From the human T2T-CHM13v2.0 reference genome, Homo sapiens: a stretch of 64,000 nt of DNA. A model generated the notes under the pieces. The model was not told where the DNA came from and did no database searches. It saw nothing but the letters and a program-made list of their open reading frames with translations. The DNA lies in NCBI RefSeq assembly GCF_009914755.1, contig NC_060935.1, one strand, 5' to 3'. Made by a program: the position numbers and the translations under genes. Within the stretch, counting starts at the first letter, position 1. Each line of letters opens with the position of its first letter. Shown here piece after piece: positions 17,029 to 30,999 of the stretch.

Positions 17029-17351
17029 ACTACTTTTGTACTTCCAAGTAAAAAACCTCAGAACACTTTAACACTTATTAGTATATTTCTTTTATTTTAT
17101 TTTTTCATGCATTTTATTTTATAAATTTTGAATATATAAAAATTATTATCATTAATTTATAGATTTAAAATTTATTTAGTGTTTTTCTGTACATATTTTT
17201 CCATTTTTTCTTTCTAAATATCCAAACTTTCATCTGTTCATTTTATTTTATCTTCTATTTAGCCATAGAAATATCTGACTTTTTGTTGCAATTAGGTCTG
17301 ATGATCGGTTATTTGTTTTTCTCTCCCTGGAAATGTCTTTATTTTGCTTTC

Positions 17352-17685
17352 ATTTTTAAAGTTATAGGTTGAGATATAATTCACATGACATGTGATGCAC
17401 CAGTTAAAATATAAAATTCAAACTGTGTTAGTATATTCACAGAGGTGTACAACTATTATCACAATAAATATTAGTTTATTTTCATCACCCCAAAAAGAAA
17501 TCTCATACTCATGAGCAATCCCTCTGCATTTCCTCCAAGGTGGCTGACACTAGAAAAATTCTACTGTACTTCCAGGCTTTATAAATTTGCCTATTCTGGA
17601 CATTTCTTATAAATGGAATAAAAAAAAAACATGTGGTCTTCTGTGACTAGCTGTTTTTTACTTGGTATATTAAATTTTTACTTAG
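17352..17685 (-). mobile_element. L1MB-like 3' end
   Basis: TTGAGATATAATTCACAT...TTCATCACCCCAAAAAGAAA...TTTGCCTATTCTGGACATTTC. Confidence 0.75.
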
Positions 17686-17741
17686 TATAATAACAGTTCA
17701 GGGTGCCAAACTAATGTTTGGGCTATTGTGGGGGGCTCCAC

Positions 17742-18038
17742 TTTTTTTTTTTTTTTTTTTTTTTTTTGAGACGGAGTCTCGCTCTGTCGCCCAGGCTGGA
17801 GTTCTCGGCTCACTGCAAGCTCTGCCTCCTGGGTTCTGGCCATTCTCCTGCCTCAGCCTCCCGAGTAGCTGGGACTACAAGCACTTGCCACCACGCCCGG
17901 CTAATTTTTTGTATTTTACAGTACAGACAGGGTTTCACCATGTTAGCCAGGATGGTCTCGATCTCCCGACCTCGTAATCCGCCTGCCTCGACCTCCCAAA
18001 TTGCTGGGATTACAGGTGTGAGCCACCGAGCCCGCCCA
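17742..18038 (-). mobile_element. AluY with a ~12-bp internal deletion
   Basis: Poly-T then GAGACGGAGTCTCGCTCTGTCGCC; TSD GGGCTC(C/T)ACTTTT. Confidence 0.95.
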
Positions 18039-19089
18039 GGGCTCTACTTTTTTACTGAATGCCGAATGCCAAATTTTCAGCCTCTTCTACGACCAGCAAC
18101 ACAATACTGGAGTATATGAAGCTGATTTTGTTATTTTACCTTCTACCTCTTCCTAATAATTAAATTTAAGAAGAGTACCAAGTAGTTCCACCACCAAAAA
18201 TGACACATGATATATTTTGGAGTAACGCTTCTACTGAGAATAACTTTAAATTCTTTTAAAAAGAAAAAAAAATCAAACTTAATATGTAAGAGTTTTAACA
18301 AGGCAATAGGACTTGTGGAGCTAATGTATTAAAATGGTGAAACTTCAGAGAAAAAAGCTCATCATTGAAAGACATGTTCCCTAGAGGGGTCTGCCAATTT
18401 TGACTGAAAGAATAAGAAGGTAAACATATCTTTAGACAAACTCACTGAGCTGAGGGTTGGAGGGGTGTAAAATATTCACATTCAGTATTCACCAAGAAAT
18501 AGACCCCTGAAAAACAGCCTAATATTATTTTGGAGATATGTAAAAGAGCTTGGCTCTATTCTGCCTAAAAATATTTTTTCTTATGTAAATTATCTCTGAA
18601 AACCTTTTTCCTATATTTAGTCAATGCATGCTTAGTATATGCAATCTATCAATTTTACTTCATTTAAAGTATTTCCTTGTCTATGATAATGTCACAGAGT
18701 ACTTCAAAAATCACACTTATTTTCAATAAGCATCTATAAGTTTCTATATTACTTTATCTTTAAATAAAATAAAACAACACAAATATAATTAATCAAACAT
18801 TCATTCCTCTTTTCAGATGGAATCAACTTATAAGTGGAGGCATGTTTTAAAGTGGATACAGTGTAATTCTACAGTTTCTGAATGAAATAAGTATAGTTTT
18901 TCTATGCCAGAAATTGTAATAGCAGCCAAAACTAAGCACTATCTATGCCATTTTCTAATTAGTGTCCTAGTTAAAGCATTGTAATGGAATAACCACTTTG
19001 AAATACGGCCTAAATTTAATCAATGTCTCTCAGCTCCTGCTTAGTGATGAGGTATTCTTTTTGTTTCCTTTTAGCCAGGAAAAGAAGCA

Positions 19090-19225
19090 AACTAATACTG
19101 ATAGTCCACAGTACCAATCACTGGGTTTCTATCATATGTATTATCTCATTTAATATTCATGGTAGTCCTGCTAGGCAGTTATCATTTTTCTGGAAGGAAT
19201 TTCTAGCATAAAGAGGTCACTAACA
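19090..19225 (-). mobile_element. MIR fragment
   Basis: TGTATTATCTCATTTAATATTCA core motif. Confidence 0.5.
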
Positions 19226-19663
19226 TTTGTAGTGATAGTGCTGGGAAAGTCACTTTAAATTTATCAGAAGAAATTAGAAGTATGGTAGACAGGAAAGGCC
19301 TGGAAAGTACCTTTTATGACTGAGAGAGCCAAATGGTTAACCTAGGTAGAAAGGTTTGTGCAGGCTTAACATTTCAATATATTTCATAGGTGCTAAATTT
19401 AGTAAATCATAGAGCAGACCATAAGAAAATCAAAAGATACTACGAGACTACTGGAACTATGTTGCACAATTAGGGGCTCACCCATCATTTATACGCATAT
19501 TTGTAAAAATGAAATCTAGGGGCCGTTGTTAAAAGTTAGTAGAACACATAGACAAAAATTCAAAAGCTATTTAGCCACGGAATTCAATCTTCATGTAAAC
19601 TATAATTTGGAAGAAGATTTTAAGTTTAAATTAAGTGTTTCAGTTATTGTTTTACATAAACCA

Positions 19664-20119
19664 GTATGTTTATTGCGGCGCTATTCACAATAGCAAAGAC
19701 TTGGAACCAACCCAAATGTCCAACAATGATAGACTGGATTAAGAAAATGTGTCACATATACACCACGGAATACTATGCAGCCATAAAAAATGATGAGTTC
19801 GTGTCCTTTGTAGGGACATGGATGAAGCTGGAAACCATCATTCTCAGCAAACTATCGCAAAGACAAAAAACCAAACACCACATGTTCTCACTCATAGGTG
19901 AGAATTGAACAATGAGAACACACGGACACAGGCAGGGGAACATCATACACCGGGGCCTGTTGTGGGATGGGGGGAGTGGGGAGGGAAAGCTTTAGGAGAT
20001 ATACCTAATGTTAAATGATGAGTTACTGGGTTCAGCACACCAACATGGCACAGTATACATATGTAGCTAACCTGCACGTTGTGCACATGTACCCTAAAAC
20101 TTAAAGTATAAAAAAAAAA
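19664..20119 (+). mobile_element. 5'-truncated L1PA (PA4/5-like) 3' end
   Basis: ORF2p C-terminus MFIAALFTIAKTWNQPKCP, G-rich 3'UTR, CCCTAAAACTTAAAGTATAAAAAA. Confidence 0.95.
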
Positions 20120-22258
20120 TTACAGGATGTTGTTGACAAAAATTTAATGAGAAAATATAAGAGGATAGTAGAGAAACGTCTTCACCTCTCATTCTTGACA
20201 GTAAATTTGTTACAATTCCATAATCCTGCAATTACATTGGAGAAACTAAAAGTTGGAATTAGATTAATCTGTACTGAGGTAAAAGTTAATTATAGTATTT
20301 TATAAATTCTCATATGTGGAGGGCTTATCAATAAATATGTATTTCATATGTTATTATTATAATTCCTGGAATATGTAAATACACCATTCATGGAAAAGAA
20401 TATAAGATAAGGTCAAAATTTTCATAGATTCAGAGTAAATCAGTTTATCATATATTTTTGATTATTAGTATTTAAAATTAAATTCCATCCTATTTATATA
20501 CTATAACAATATATTCAATGTCATTTAAAACTATATGTGGAATTATATAGTAGGAGTCCAGCTTCCTTGACTGAGAATATAGATATTCCCAAAAGATATA
20601 TTATTCCAATATATGCAATGAATTTATATTAAATAATTTGAATAGATTTTATGAAAGACTTTGGGTGAGAATTACTCAAACATTATCATATTAAAAAATT
20701 ATTGTTTCTGTGGTGTCTGATGTAAGAAAACTCTTTCCCAGACAATTTCCAGACCCAATCAGCCAGTGGAAAATTGTCACTGGATGTACAATCACCAGCC
20801 TTAGACCTTAGTTTGATCGACTGGAGAGTATTAACTGAAGTAGGCATCTGTTATGAATGGTGGGTAAGGCAGGACTGGGAAAAAACTGAGAATGACAATC
20901 ACCTTGTGGGTTTAACAGCATTATATTCATTTTAGAGTTTATAAAGAGATTAGACACCAAGGTCTCAAATATTTAAATGACTTATTCAAAGTTAAACAAC
21001 AGCGAGATAATCCATTTTAGCTTTGAAACAAAATCATTTTATTCCAAATTTAATATAGCTGCCTCTTGACGTTGTATTTATGAACATTGAAACAAAATGT
21101 TAGCTCATTCTAGTTTGTACTGTAAAATGTTGAATGTGAGAAATGCAAATACCTTTGTAAAAATGCAACTAATATCTTAATTTTGAGTCTTCCTATCTTC
21201 TTAAGATAGAAAATTTTTCTTAAAATGTATATGTTCAGAGTTCAGAGATATGTTCTAATTTTCTTCATTTTGTAGTCAGGGCATAATTTGTTAGCACTAC
21301 TTTCACATTTTAGTGTACTTTTTTTCAGAGTGATCAAAAACTTTCTTTCCAAAGCACCAACAATGAACAAATTTTTTCTAGAAGAAAGCTAGTTTAGAAA
21401 TGCAGAGGAAAATGGATTAATGATTCAAAAAGAAGTCTTTGAAAACAAATTTTTTACCTACCTACTCAAGCTCCCCTTGCTGAGAATAAATTTTTTGAAT
21501 AAATAGCATGTCATGTCTGGATCTAACTGGAATTAAGGAATATTTTCTAAGAGTTTCTTTACTTCTTGACTCTTCTTTATCCTAAGAAAATATCTTTTAT
21601 ATATAGAGATGAATCCAACTGATTCCCTGTCATTTGATTTAATTTTAGCCCTTCAGTCACAAGCAATGCCCAGTGAACTGCAGATTCTCATCAGTTCAGA
21701 ACAAGGCCACACATGGAGACAAAGCATGATGAATAGTCTGTTACTATAACCCAGAGGAGCTGACCTTGGCATTGGTGAGACCCAAATTAGTATCAAAGCT
21801 CATATTTCATTGAATATCCTCTCTCATAGCCACAGCTTTGACCAGATGTATGGAAGCTAAGAAAACAACCTCTTACCTTTAGCAAATTTGAACTCAGTCA
21901 TAAAACTTTTACAAATAATTGAATTATATAAAAGAGCTTATTCTCAACTTATTTTTCTTTCTTTTTTCCCTTCTTTTAGGACTCAGATCCTAAACAATTT
22001 CATTGTAATATTAACAATTACATGATTCATGGTACATGATTTTAGGTTTCTTGGTTGTTACATAACAGAAATTTAGAAGTTTTTGCAAATAGACTCCATT
22101 ATATTTCAAGTGCTTTTTACTTAATGATTTTTTTAAACAAATTCAGACAAACAATACTTAACTGGCTTCTAGAAAATTGTTCTATTTGATATATCAGTAC
22201 CTTTCATTTACCTTTTAAATAAGTCCTCGAGAAATAAACTCAGGACAATTTTAGTTTG

Positions 22259-22301
22259 CGTGTGTGTGTGTGTGTGTGTGTGCACGTGTGCACGTATGTG
22301 T
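22259..22301. repeat. (TG)n microsatellite
   Basis: TGTGTG run. Confidence 0.9.
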
Positions 22302-22853
22302 ATTCCTTCCTAAAACCATCTTTGTGGACAGTCCAATTCTAAAATGTAATTGGAATTCTGGAATATTGTGGCATGACATTCTGTGGAAATTTGACTACTG
22401 AATCCATTTATACAACCCCTTTAGATAATGTATGCATATTTTCCTTTTTCAAATAGAAGTAAATGTGATGTGAGTACTGTTTCAAATACTAGTACCAGAA
22501 GTTTTTTAAAAAGGTCAATTTTGCTGATACAATTTTGGAGTCTATTATGAATAAATTGCCCTTTCTCATATATCTTCATTATATGTTATGCTTCCTAATT
22601 TCCACCATTTCCCCCCAAATTTGAATAAAGTAGAGATATTCAAAATCTTGGCTAATAAAAGGAAACATACTCCATTTACTAACTAGAAAAGTAAGTTCCT
22701 TTACTAAATTTAAGTTAGATGATATACCAATATATTATGAAAATTGGTTCTGTTAATTTTTCCTTTCAAATTATTTTCTCTATTACAAGTTCTACACCTT
22801 TAAGAAAGATTTTTAATGATGAAAAAAATTACAAAGCAGCTTAATAAAGCTTC

Positions 22854-23643
22854 TGTCTTGGCTTGTCTTGTGCTGCTATAACAGAATACCACAGACTGAG
22901 TGATTTATAAAGAACATAACTTTATTTAGAGGCTGGCATCTCACAAGGGCTGTCCTGCTGCCTCATCCCACGGCAGAAGGGGGAGAGGCAAAAAAGAATG
23001 AGACAAAGAGCAAGAGGTGGCCAAACCCATATTTTAAAATAAGAAAACCATTCCCATAATAATGGCATTATTCTATTCATGCAGGTGGTGCCCCCATGAC
23101 CCAAACGTCTCCCATCAGTTTTCATCCCCTAATGCCATCACATTATCAAGTTTCCAGTACATAAATTTGTTACTGAAACACCTGGCATTTTGTCTAGGTT
23201 CTGCTGCTCACTGCACAAAAAGCAAATCACAGAGACAAGTATTGCCAAGGAAGAAGGCTTTAATCAGGTGCTACAGCTGAGGTGATGGGAGATCAGTCTC
23301 AAATCCATCTCCCTGACCAGCTAAAACTAGGGGTTTATATAGCAGGGAAGAAATGTAGCAATGTTTTGTAAAAGAAGAACTAGGGAAGGGCAAAGAGGCA
23401 ATCATGATGAATGAGGGGTCCTGCATCTCATTGTCTGAATGCAGTGATCTGGTGAGTTTCAGTTCTTTGAGTCTTTTTTTGAGAGGCCCTAAGGTGGTTT
23501 CCTGAGGAAGGAACTCAGATAAAACAAATGTAAGGTTCAAGCTTTAAGACAAGAAGGGTCAATTTCAATGTTTATTTGAAAAACTATCTATGTGACTATT
23601 GGGTCAGTTTCAGAACTTTGGGGGACACATTCAAACCATAACA
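22854..23643 (-). mobile_element. MST/MLT1A-type MaLR solo LTR, interrupted at 23168-23612
   Basis: TG...GCTGCTATAACAGAATACCACAGACTG; ends GGGGACACATTCAAACCATAACA; flanks GCTTC/ACTTC as TSD. Confidence 0.8.
23168..23612 (-). mobile_element. LOR1-like ERV1 solo LTR nested in the MaLR LTR
   Basis: TGTTACTGAAAC...CAGTTTCA termini; GGAAGAAGGCTTTAATC; host LTR resumes after it. Confidence 0.75.
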
Positions 23644-24791
23644 ACTTCCAGTGAGGAATTACACTTGCTCAAAACTATCACTCTGAGGTAGGGTTCAATT
23701 TATCCAAAGCCATTCCCCAGAGACTGGATTCTGAAAGAGATAGCCTCTTACAGAACATCAGGGAAACCCACTATGGAATAGTTTTTAAAGTAACTAACCC
23801 TATAGAGTTCTGACATGGAATATCAAGACTGGGAACAACTACAATGCTTGCATCCCCGCTGATTACATCAAGTCTGGAACCTACACTCTCATAAACATTG
23901 AACAATAAGTTGATAGAATAGGGCTCAAGATCAGTATTATGCTCAACCCTTCTGATTATGGATTCCAGTCACTGCCACATCAAAGGAGGGAATGGCTCTT
24001 CCCGAATCACACACGACAGAAGGGAAGTCTCTCATGGTGTCTAATGTCTAGCCCTGTGTTCTGTCCCATAATGCACTGGGTAGTGGGAGACCTGCACATG
24101 GGAGATGTGTATATTTGATACAGGCAATTGCCCTTGTTGACATAAAAATTTCATTCAATGCAATTTCTTAATTCTAAAATTTCATGGAGAATATGTTTTT
24201 TTTTTAAGTTTGATTTTGAAGTTTGTATTCTCCATAGTTCTAGAGCAAGGGTTTTCTAGCAGTGTAAAGAAAAATATTTTCGTATGATATCAAAATATTT
24301 TGTAATCACTATAATCTCCATTGTCAACCAGGCATTCTGTGATAGATAATAAAAGAATGTTGTTTTAGGTAACTAAATAGTCTGAGAATGTGTTACCTAA
24401 TCCATGAGTAAATATATTAAAATGACATCTGAAAAAAATCTATTGTTTAATAACTTGTGAGGAAAACAAGAGTTGAAAAAAATGTTGATGACTTAGAATC
24501 CATCAACATAAATCATTGGCACAAATGAAAAAGATTAAACTTTCAAACAATTAAGAATTGTGCTTCAAGGCTATACCATTTTATCATGATTGCTTAACCT
24601 CATGCTTCTGTAACTAATAAGTTTGGATTTGACAGTCCTCTTTCTACATAGACCACTGCTCTTAACAACAACAGCAAAAATTCTGTGAGCTTCAAAATTT
24701 GAGTTATTTTGAATTGAAACAGACCCTTCATTAATTTGTCCATTTATAAATATTTGCACACATTTATACTATGGAAAGCACTATGCTACAC

Positions 24792-25055
24792 TTTTTTTTT
24801 TTGAGACAGTCTTGCTCTTGTAGCCCAGGCTGGAGTGCAGTGCCTCCTGGGTTCAAGCAATTCTCCTGACTCAGCCTCCTGAGTAGCTGGGATTACAGGC
24901 ACCCGCTATCATCCCTGGCTAATTTTTGTACTTTTAGTAGAGACAGGGTTTCGCCATGTTGGCAAGGCTGGTCTCGAACTCCTGACCTCAGGTGATCTGC
25001 CCACCTCGGCCTCCCAAAGTGTTGGGATTACAGGCGTGAGCCACCACGCCCAGCC
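24792..25055 (-). mobile_element. AluSx-like with a ~27-bp internal deletion
   Basis: CTCCTGACCTCAGGTGATC; TSD ~CTACACT. Confidence 0.95.
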
Positions 25056-25209
25056 CATTCTACACTATTAAAGGCACACGAAGAATCTAACATGCATACT
25101 TACTTAAAGAAGACCAGGGAAATGGTTTACAGACAGTGATCACAGCTTTATTTGGTATGTAATCAATTTAGAGTTTCTGTAAGGAATTTTAAAATATTAA
25201 TTAGAGTAA

Positions 25210-25347
25210 AATAGGATATGTTAGGATACCAGATTATGAGAAGAGACAGATGGATAAAAAAGAGATTTGGATAGGATAAGGTAGTGAGAAGAGACGAGAA
25301 GAGAAAACAAGAGGAAAGGATAGGAGAAGAGAGGAGAGGGGAGAAGA
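25210..25347. repeat. GA-rich low-complexity tract
   Basis: Purine-rich GAGAAGAGA/GGATA motifs. Confidence 0.7.
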
Positions 25348-26029
25348 CCCATGGGATATGTGTATTTTGCAATAGCCAGTTGTTTTGCTGACACATTAAC
25401 AAAACTTATTCTCATTCCATGCAGTTTCTTAATTCCAAAATGTCACAATTTTTATCGTGGTCTGTAATAACAGGTATACTGTTCTAAGACTAGAAAACAG
25501 TAGACTAGAGTAGCCTGAATGGTAAAGGTGAGAATAAGAATGCATACTCTGGATCACCCTATAAAATGTATTCCTTAGTGAAAGTGTTAGTCAAAAAGTT
25601 TGAAAGCTAGTTGTGGTGCAAACTAAATGAATGCAAATAATTATGACATAAAGAAGAAAATATTAAATGTTTAAAGAGTCAAAATATGAGGATTCAGAGA
25701 TGGGAAAAGATTACTTCACTTGGAGAAATATGATGATCATTCAAGTACCCTTGGTAGCACTTCTCTGAAATAGGAAAGACAATTTCTTCAGAGAATTAAG
25801 GGGAGGAGGCAGTGAGATAGTTTCAATGGAATAGGAAATGATCACCCTATAAATTTTCCTTTTAAAAGACATTATTTCCTATAAACATCAATAATAGCAA
25901 ATACATACATAGAATTAAGATCAAAGATTTGATAAAATGTATTTCTTTACATTTTAAGTCTGCTTTGTAATAATAATGCCATAAATAAAAATAATTATCA
26001 CTTTTCACTCCCTAGTATGTCTACAATAT

Positions 26030-26230
26030 CATCCTAGATACTTTATGTAATTCATTCCGTACAAAACCATTATGAGGTAGGTATTTCGTATAACTCCCAC
26101 TTCAGGTGATGAAAATTAACTCTGAAAGCTTGGGAAACTTACCTCTTGGTCACTCATGTAGCATGTGGATGAGTGGGTACAGATTTTATATGCAACTATA
26201 TTTCTCCCAAGCTGCTGTTCTGAACCACCA
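26030..26230 (-). mobile_element. MIR fragment
   Basis: TATGAGGTAGGTATT...CCCACTTCAGGTGATGAAAATT. Confidence 0.6.
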
Positions 26231-27249
26231 CATTCTTCTACTCTTGGCAAGTATAGGGATAATTGACTAGAGAAAAAAATGTTTCTAAGTACATACAGAT
26301 GCATTAATACAGTGATGCTTCAGTTATAAAGAAACTAGAATATGTGAGAGCTGCCTACTCTAAAGAATCTCACAGTAACTAATCTACTCGTATCTTTTTA
26401 TAGGTTTTCCAAGTTGGTTCAAACTAATGTGAACTTTCTGGATCTGGTCCAGTAATCCACAATGCACACACAATATGAGGAATAGTAGCTTAACCTCACT
26501 TTTCTCTAGATGGATTTCTGGGTATGAGTTTCAAGTCTTTTGGCATCAAATACTAAAACCTCCAGTAATCCCAATACACATGTGCAACAAGACAATTTTA
26601 GCTACAGCCTCATGCATAAAATACAGCTCAATTTTTATTAAAAAAGTTTGGAAGAAACATATTGGGATATCTATTTACATTTTAATGGGATATGGGTCTA
26701 GGGCTACAATTTCCATCATATGGAACTAGTTTCCTAGTAAAGTAGTTTGAATCCTGCTGACATTTTGCCTTAGTGCCTCTCAATCATTTAAATATAACAT
26801 TTAAGTTTATGTAATCTTCCAACATTTTTAATTTTGTTCCGAAACTCAAAAATTAGCCCCTAGAGTATAAGTGCAACATGTAAATATGCATCTTACAAAA
26901 TGCCAGAAATAAAGGATCGATGCCAATAGAATGAGAGAAGCATATTAATAATTTTCACAACTACTTACAGAGCAGTTTGTAAAGAGCAGCCTGATAGAAG
27001 CTCAGCCATTTCTCTGGCACTATGATCCTTAAATCTGGGGGAGATTTAAAGTAATGAGGTCGCCAGTATTTTTTAATATGCTCCACTCCAGTTAGAGCCT
27101 TGGGTTTTTTCTTCAATGTGACATAAACCTATAAAATTCTCTTTCATTCAATCCTGCTCCTTTTTACCTAGGTGACACCTATGAATTAAAAAAATAATTT
27201 GTGCAATATGCATCTGTATAACTTTTCTAAAACAGTTGAAGCCTCACTG

Positions 27250-30200
27250 TGCATGTCCTCCTTCCTCAGCATTTTCTCTTCACACCTTTCAGAGAAATTC
27301 ACAATCTTGAATCTGTTTTTATCATTACCAACATATCTTTATAATTGTCCCACCTATCCGTTGTTTTGAATGTTTTGATAATATTTTAATGGTATTATTT
27401 TATACATATAAATTCATATCTATAAAAATTAACTCTGTTCTTTTCAGCAACAACTTTTGAGCAATTTTCAGCAATGAATTTCAGCATTTACATTGAATTG
27501 ACTTATTTTAATTTTTGTATAGTATATTATTGCAAAAACATTCCTATATTAAGTTGTTCTCTTCTTAAGTAAACATTTAAACTTTTTCTAGTTTTATAAT
27601 AATGTAAATGTCATTCTTGTGCATGTTTCCTTGTTCACGTATGTGGAAAGTTAGTGAATAAACAAAGTGAAATGGCTGAATTAAGGATTATTTGAATATA
27701 TGAGTTGATTAGATATTGCTATGCCTGTATTTCTCCCCAGTGTATTTAAGTCAATTTACTTAGCTTCAGTCAATGGATGAGCATATTGGATTTTTTATTT
27801 TTCATTTCAGGTGATGTTTGCAAAAAGTTTGTTTCTCTTTTACTTATGTGATGTTTTATGTTTTGTAGCACTTTTGATCTGTTCTGAATATGAATCTATG
27901 TTCAGTTACAGGCATTGCAATATTTTCTTCCAAATTTGTCTCTAAAACTAAATTATAAAGTCTTATGATAGAATTCTTTTTTCTTGATATTGTTTGAATG
28001 TATTCAAATCAGGAATCTTTTTAAAAGTTTTATTGTGAAATAATTTTAGATTTTCACAAGAATTGTAAAGACATTGTAGAGTTCCTATAGATCTTCACTC
28101 AGCTTTCTATACTGTAAATATCTTAATTAACCAGGGCACATTTTTCAAAACTAAGAAATTAATATTGGTCAAATGCCATTAACTAACCTACAGACTTGAT
28201 TCCACCGAATTTTTTACGAATTCTATTTTTCTTTGCCAGGATACCATGTTGCATTAAGTCATCTTGTCATAGTCTTCTTCAGTCTGTGACATTTTCTCAT
28301 CCTATTCATGTTATTTATAACCTTAACACTTTTGAAGGGTAATTATTAAGATTTAGTAGAATAGTTTTCAATTTGGGTTTATCTGAAGTTTTCTCATGGT
28401 GAGACTGAGTATATGGATTTTGAGAAAACTGTCCTACTCATTGCATCAAACCAGGGGTATATGATATTTATGATTTAGAAACTTTGATCATTCAGTGAAA
28501 GTAGAGGTTGTTAGGCATCTCTACTTTAAAGTCAATATTTTACCTCTCCATACTCCATACCTTAGAAATTCTATTCTTTTTAAATTTTTACTTTACTTGT
28601 GTTTCTTTAGAAAAAGTTGCCTATACTGATATGATAAAATATTATTCTAGTTTTGCTCTCTCTGTTTATTAAACTACATGAAATTGGTGTTTGCTATTGA
28701 TGAGAGTTATAGACCCAGAACATTCTCAAAAGAGATAATCAATTTTTCCATCAGTATTAATTTCTCTTTTTCTTCCATTCTGATCTGCAAGTGTATTTCT
28801 GCCATGTATGAAGTTTCCATAGAAATGTGGATATTTCTTTCTTGGATTTCAGTTCTGTTTAATTGGGAAATGTCTATATCCCTCCAGGATTTTGACAGGA
28901 TGGTAACTAATATGATTTTATAGTAAGTTTTCTCATGTTGTGGAACAAGTTCCTCCATCATGTGCAATTTAAACATTGCCTTTGTTATATTCAGTCCTTT
29001 GCCCATGCAGATCAGTATTAGAAAGATCTGATAAACTGATTTCATTGGCAGATTAAGTTAAGGAGAATAAAGGCTTTTCTAATTTTTTAAATCTTATTTA
29101 TAAGCATAGCAAATTCCTTCTATTGACGTCATTTTCTTAGTTATTTTATTTCTATCTATATTTTAATTAAAATCAATAATATTACAGGCTTTATGATTTT
29201 TTAGATTTATTAATAGACACTTTATATTTTACTGTTATAACAACAAAATGTGTCACATTTTAAAACCGTATTTTTAAAATATTTGCTGCTAGTGCAGAGG
29301 AATGCATTTGATATATTATGTTTATTGTACATTTGGCAAACATGTTAAATGGTCTTAATAATTTAAATAAATTGTTTACATACTGTCTTGAGTTTTTTAC
29401 TTTGACAGTTATATCATCTAAGAAAAATAATAATTTCTTTAACTCTGTAATTTACCTTCTGCTTATTTCATTTTTATTATTATAACGACTAGGTATCCAG
29501 GGAATTTTTACATAGAAACTGAAATGGTGTGCATTTTTGATTTGTTCTAGATTTTAAGTGGAAAGCTTTTAACATTTAATAACTATATTTAATATATTAT
29601 GTAGATTTTGAAAATTTTTATTAGAATAAAAATATTACTGTTTTATATAATATGGTTAAGATTTTAAAATTCATTAGGTGTTCAATTTGATCAAATACTT
29701 TAATAAAATAACTATTTATTCCTCATTGTTCTCCCATTTTGATGAAAAACTCTGATACTTTTTTTTTTTTTTTTTTTTAAGACAGAGTCTCACTCTGTAA
29801 CCCAGGCTGGAGTGCAGTGGCACGATCTGGGCTTACTGCAACCTCCGCCTCCTGGGTTCAAGCAATTCCTTGCCTCAGCCTTCCAAGTAGCTGGGATTAC
29901 AGGCGCCCGCCACCATGCCCGGCTAATTTTTTCTATTTTTAGTAGGGACAGGGTTTCACCATCTTGGCCAGGCTGTTCTTGAACTCCTGACCTAGTGATC
30001 CACCCACCTCAGCCTCCTAAAGTGCTGGGATTACAGCCATGAGCCACTGCGCCTGGCCAAATTTTCTTATTTAAACACAGCATAATCATTATGCATTACT
30101 TTTATATCCCTTATTAGACAAGTTTTTAATATTTATTTAGAATTTTGCTTATATTTTATAAATGAAATTGATCTATAATTTTCCTTTTATACTGTCATTA

Positions 30201-30420
30201 CCTAATTTTGATATTAAAGCTGTAATCACCTCATAAAGGAGAGTTTTTCTTTTCTGATGGGTTGTGTTCTGGTACATCCTGTACAAGTCTGAAAAAAAGG
30301 ACCATCTTAAATTAGATCCCTGAATAAAAAAATATTATTGGCCTGGTATATTTTTGGCTAGATAACTGCACTATGAATTAGTTTGAAAAGAGTTATATAG
30401 CCATTCAGGTTTAATTTTTA
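27250..30420 (-). mobile_element. Ancient antisense L1M/L1ME fragments, with an L1MC/MD-like 3' end at ~28020-28568
   Basis: T-rich L1-like text; TTTATTGTGAAATAATTTTAGATT...AAAACTAAGAAATTAATATTGGT...CTACAGACTT; limits approximate. Confidence 0.55.
29759..30058 (-). mobile_element. AluS
   Basis: Poly-T, full dimer ending GCCTGGCC. Confidence 0.95.
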
Positions 30421-30522
30421 TTCCAAATAGGGTTGGTAATTTTCATTTTTTTTTCTGGAAACTTGTTTCCTTTTTATTCTTTGGCTGAATTCTAAATGCA
30501 TGCTTATAGCAGAGGAGAGGCA

Positions 30523-30555
30523 ATTGCTTCTTGGCCTTTTGGCTGAAGTCAAGTG
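30523..30555 (+). pseudogene. 3'-truncated U2 snRNA retrocopy (first ~33 nt)
   Basis: ATTGCTTCTTGGCCTTTTGGCTGAAGTCAAGTG versus U2 ATCGCTTCTCGGCCTTTTGGCTAAGATCAAGTG; perfect direct repeat GAGGAGAGGCA at 30512-30522 and 30556-30566. Confidence 0.85.
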
Positions 30556-30614
30556 GAGGAGAGGCAATATATCAATGCTAATTGCTGAGTTTCTCCAGGA
30601 AGTAAAATATGTAA

Positions 30615-30825
30615 TAATTATTTGAGATATCTTCAAAAATCCATGTTTAATCACTGAAACCTGTAATTATGTTATCTAATACGACAAAGGGATGTTGCAG
30701 ATGTGATTAGGTAGATTGAGGTAATTATTGTGGATTATCTGGGTGGCTCTAATATAATCACAACATGTCCTATTAGAGAGACATGAAGGGAGTGAGAGTA
30801 GTGACAACAAAAGCAAGAGATTGAC
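30615..30825 (+). mobile_element. MLT1 (D-like) LTR 5' fragment
   Basis: CAAAGGGATGTTGCAGATGTGATTA...TGGATTATCTGGGTGG. Confidence 0.7.
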
Positions 30826-30999
30826 TCAGGGTTTTCCTCAACCTCCTCAGCCTAATCTGGGAATATAGATTGGATTATCAAAAAAAAAATGTGAAGAAAT
30901 CTCATGTTTATTGAGAAATCCTAGTGATATATTTGCAGGAAACTATAAAGGTCTGGGGGAATGGGGGAATGTTATGCCAGAAGAAGCACTGCCAGATTG

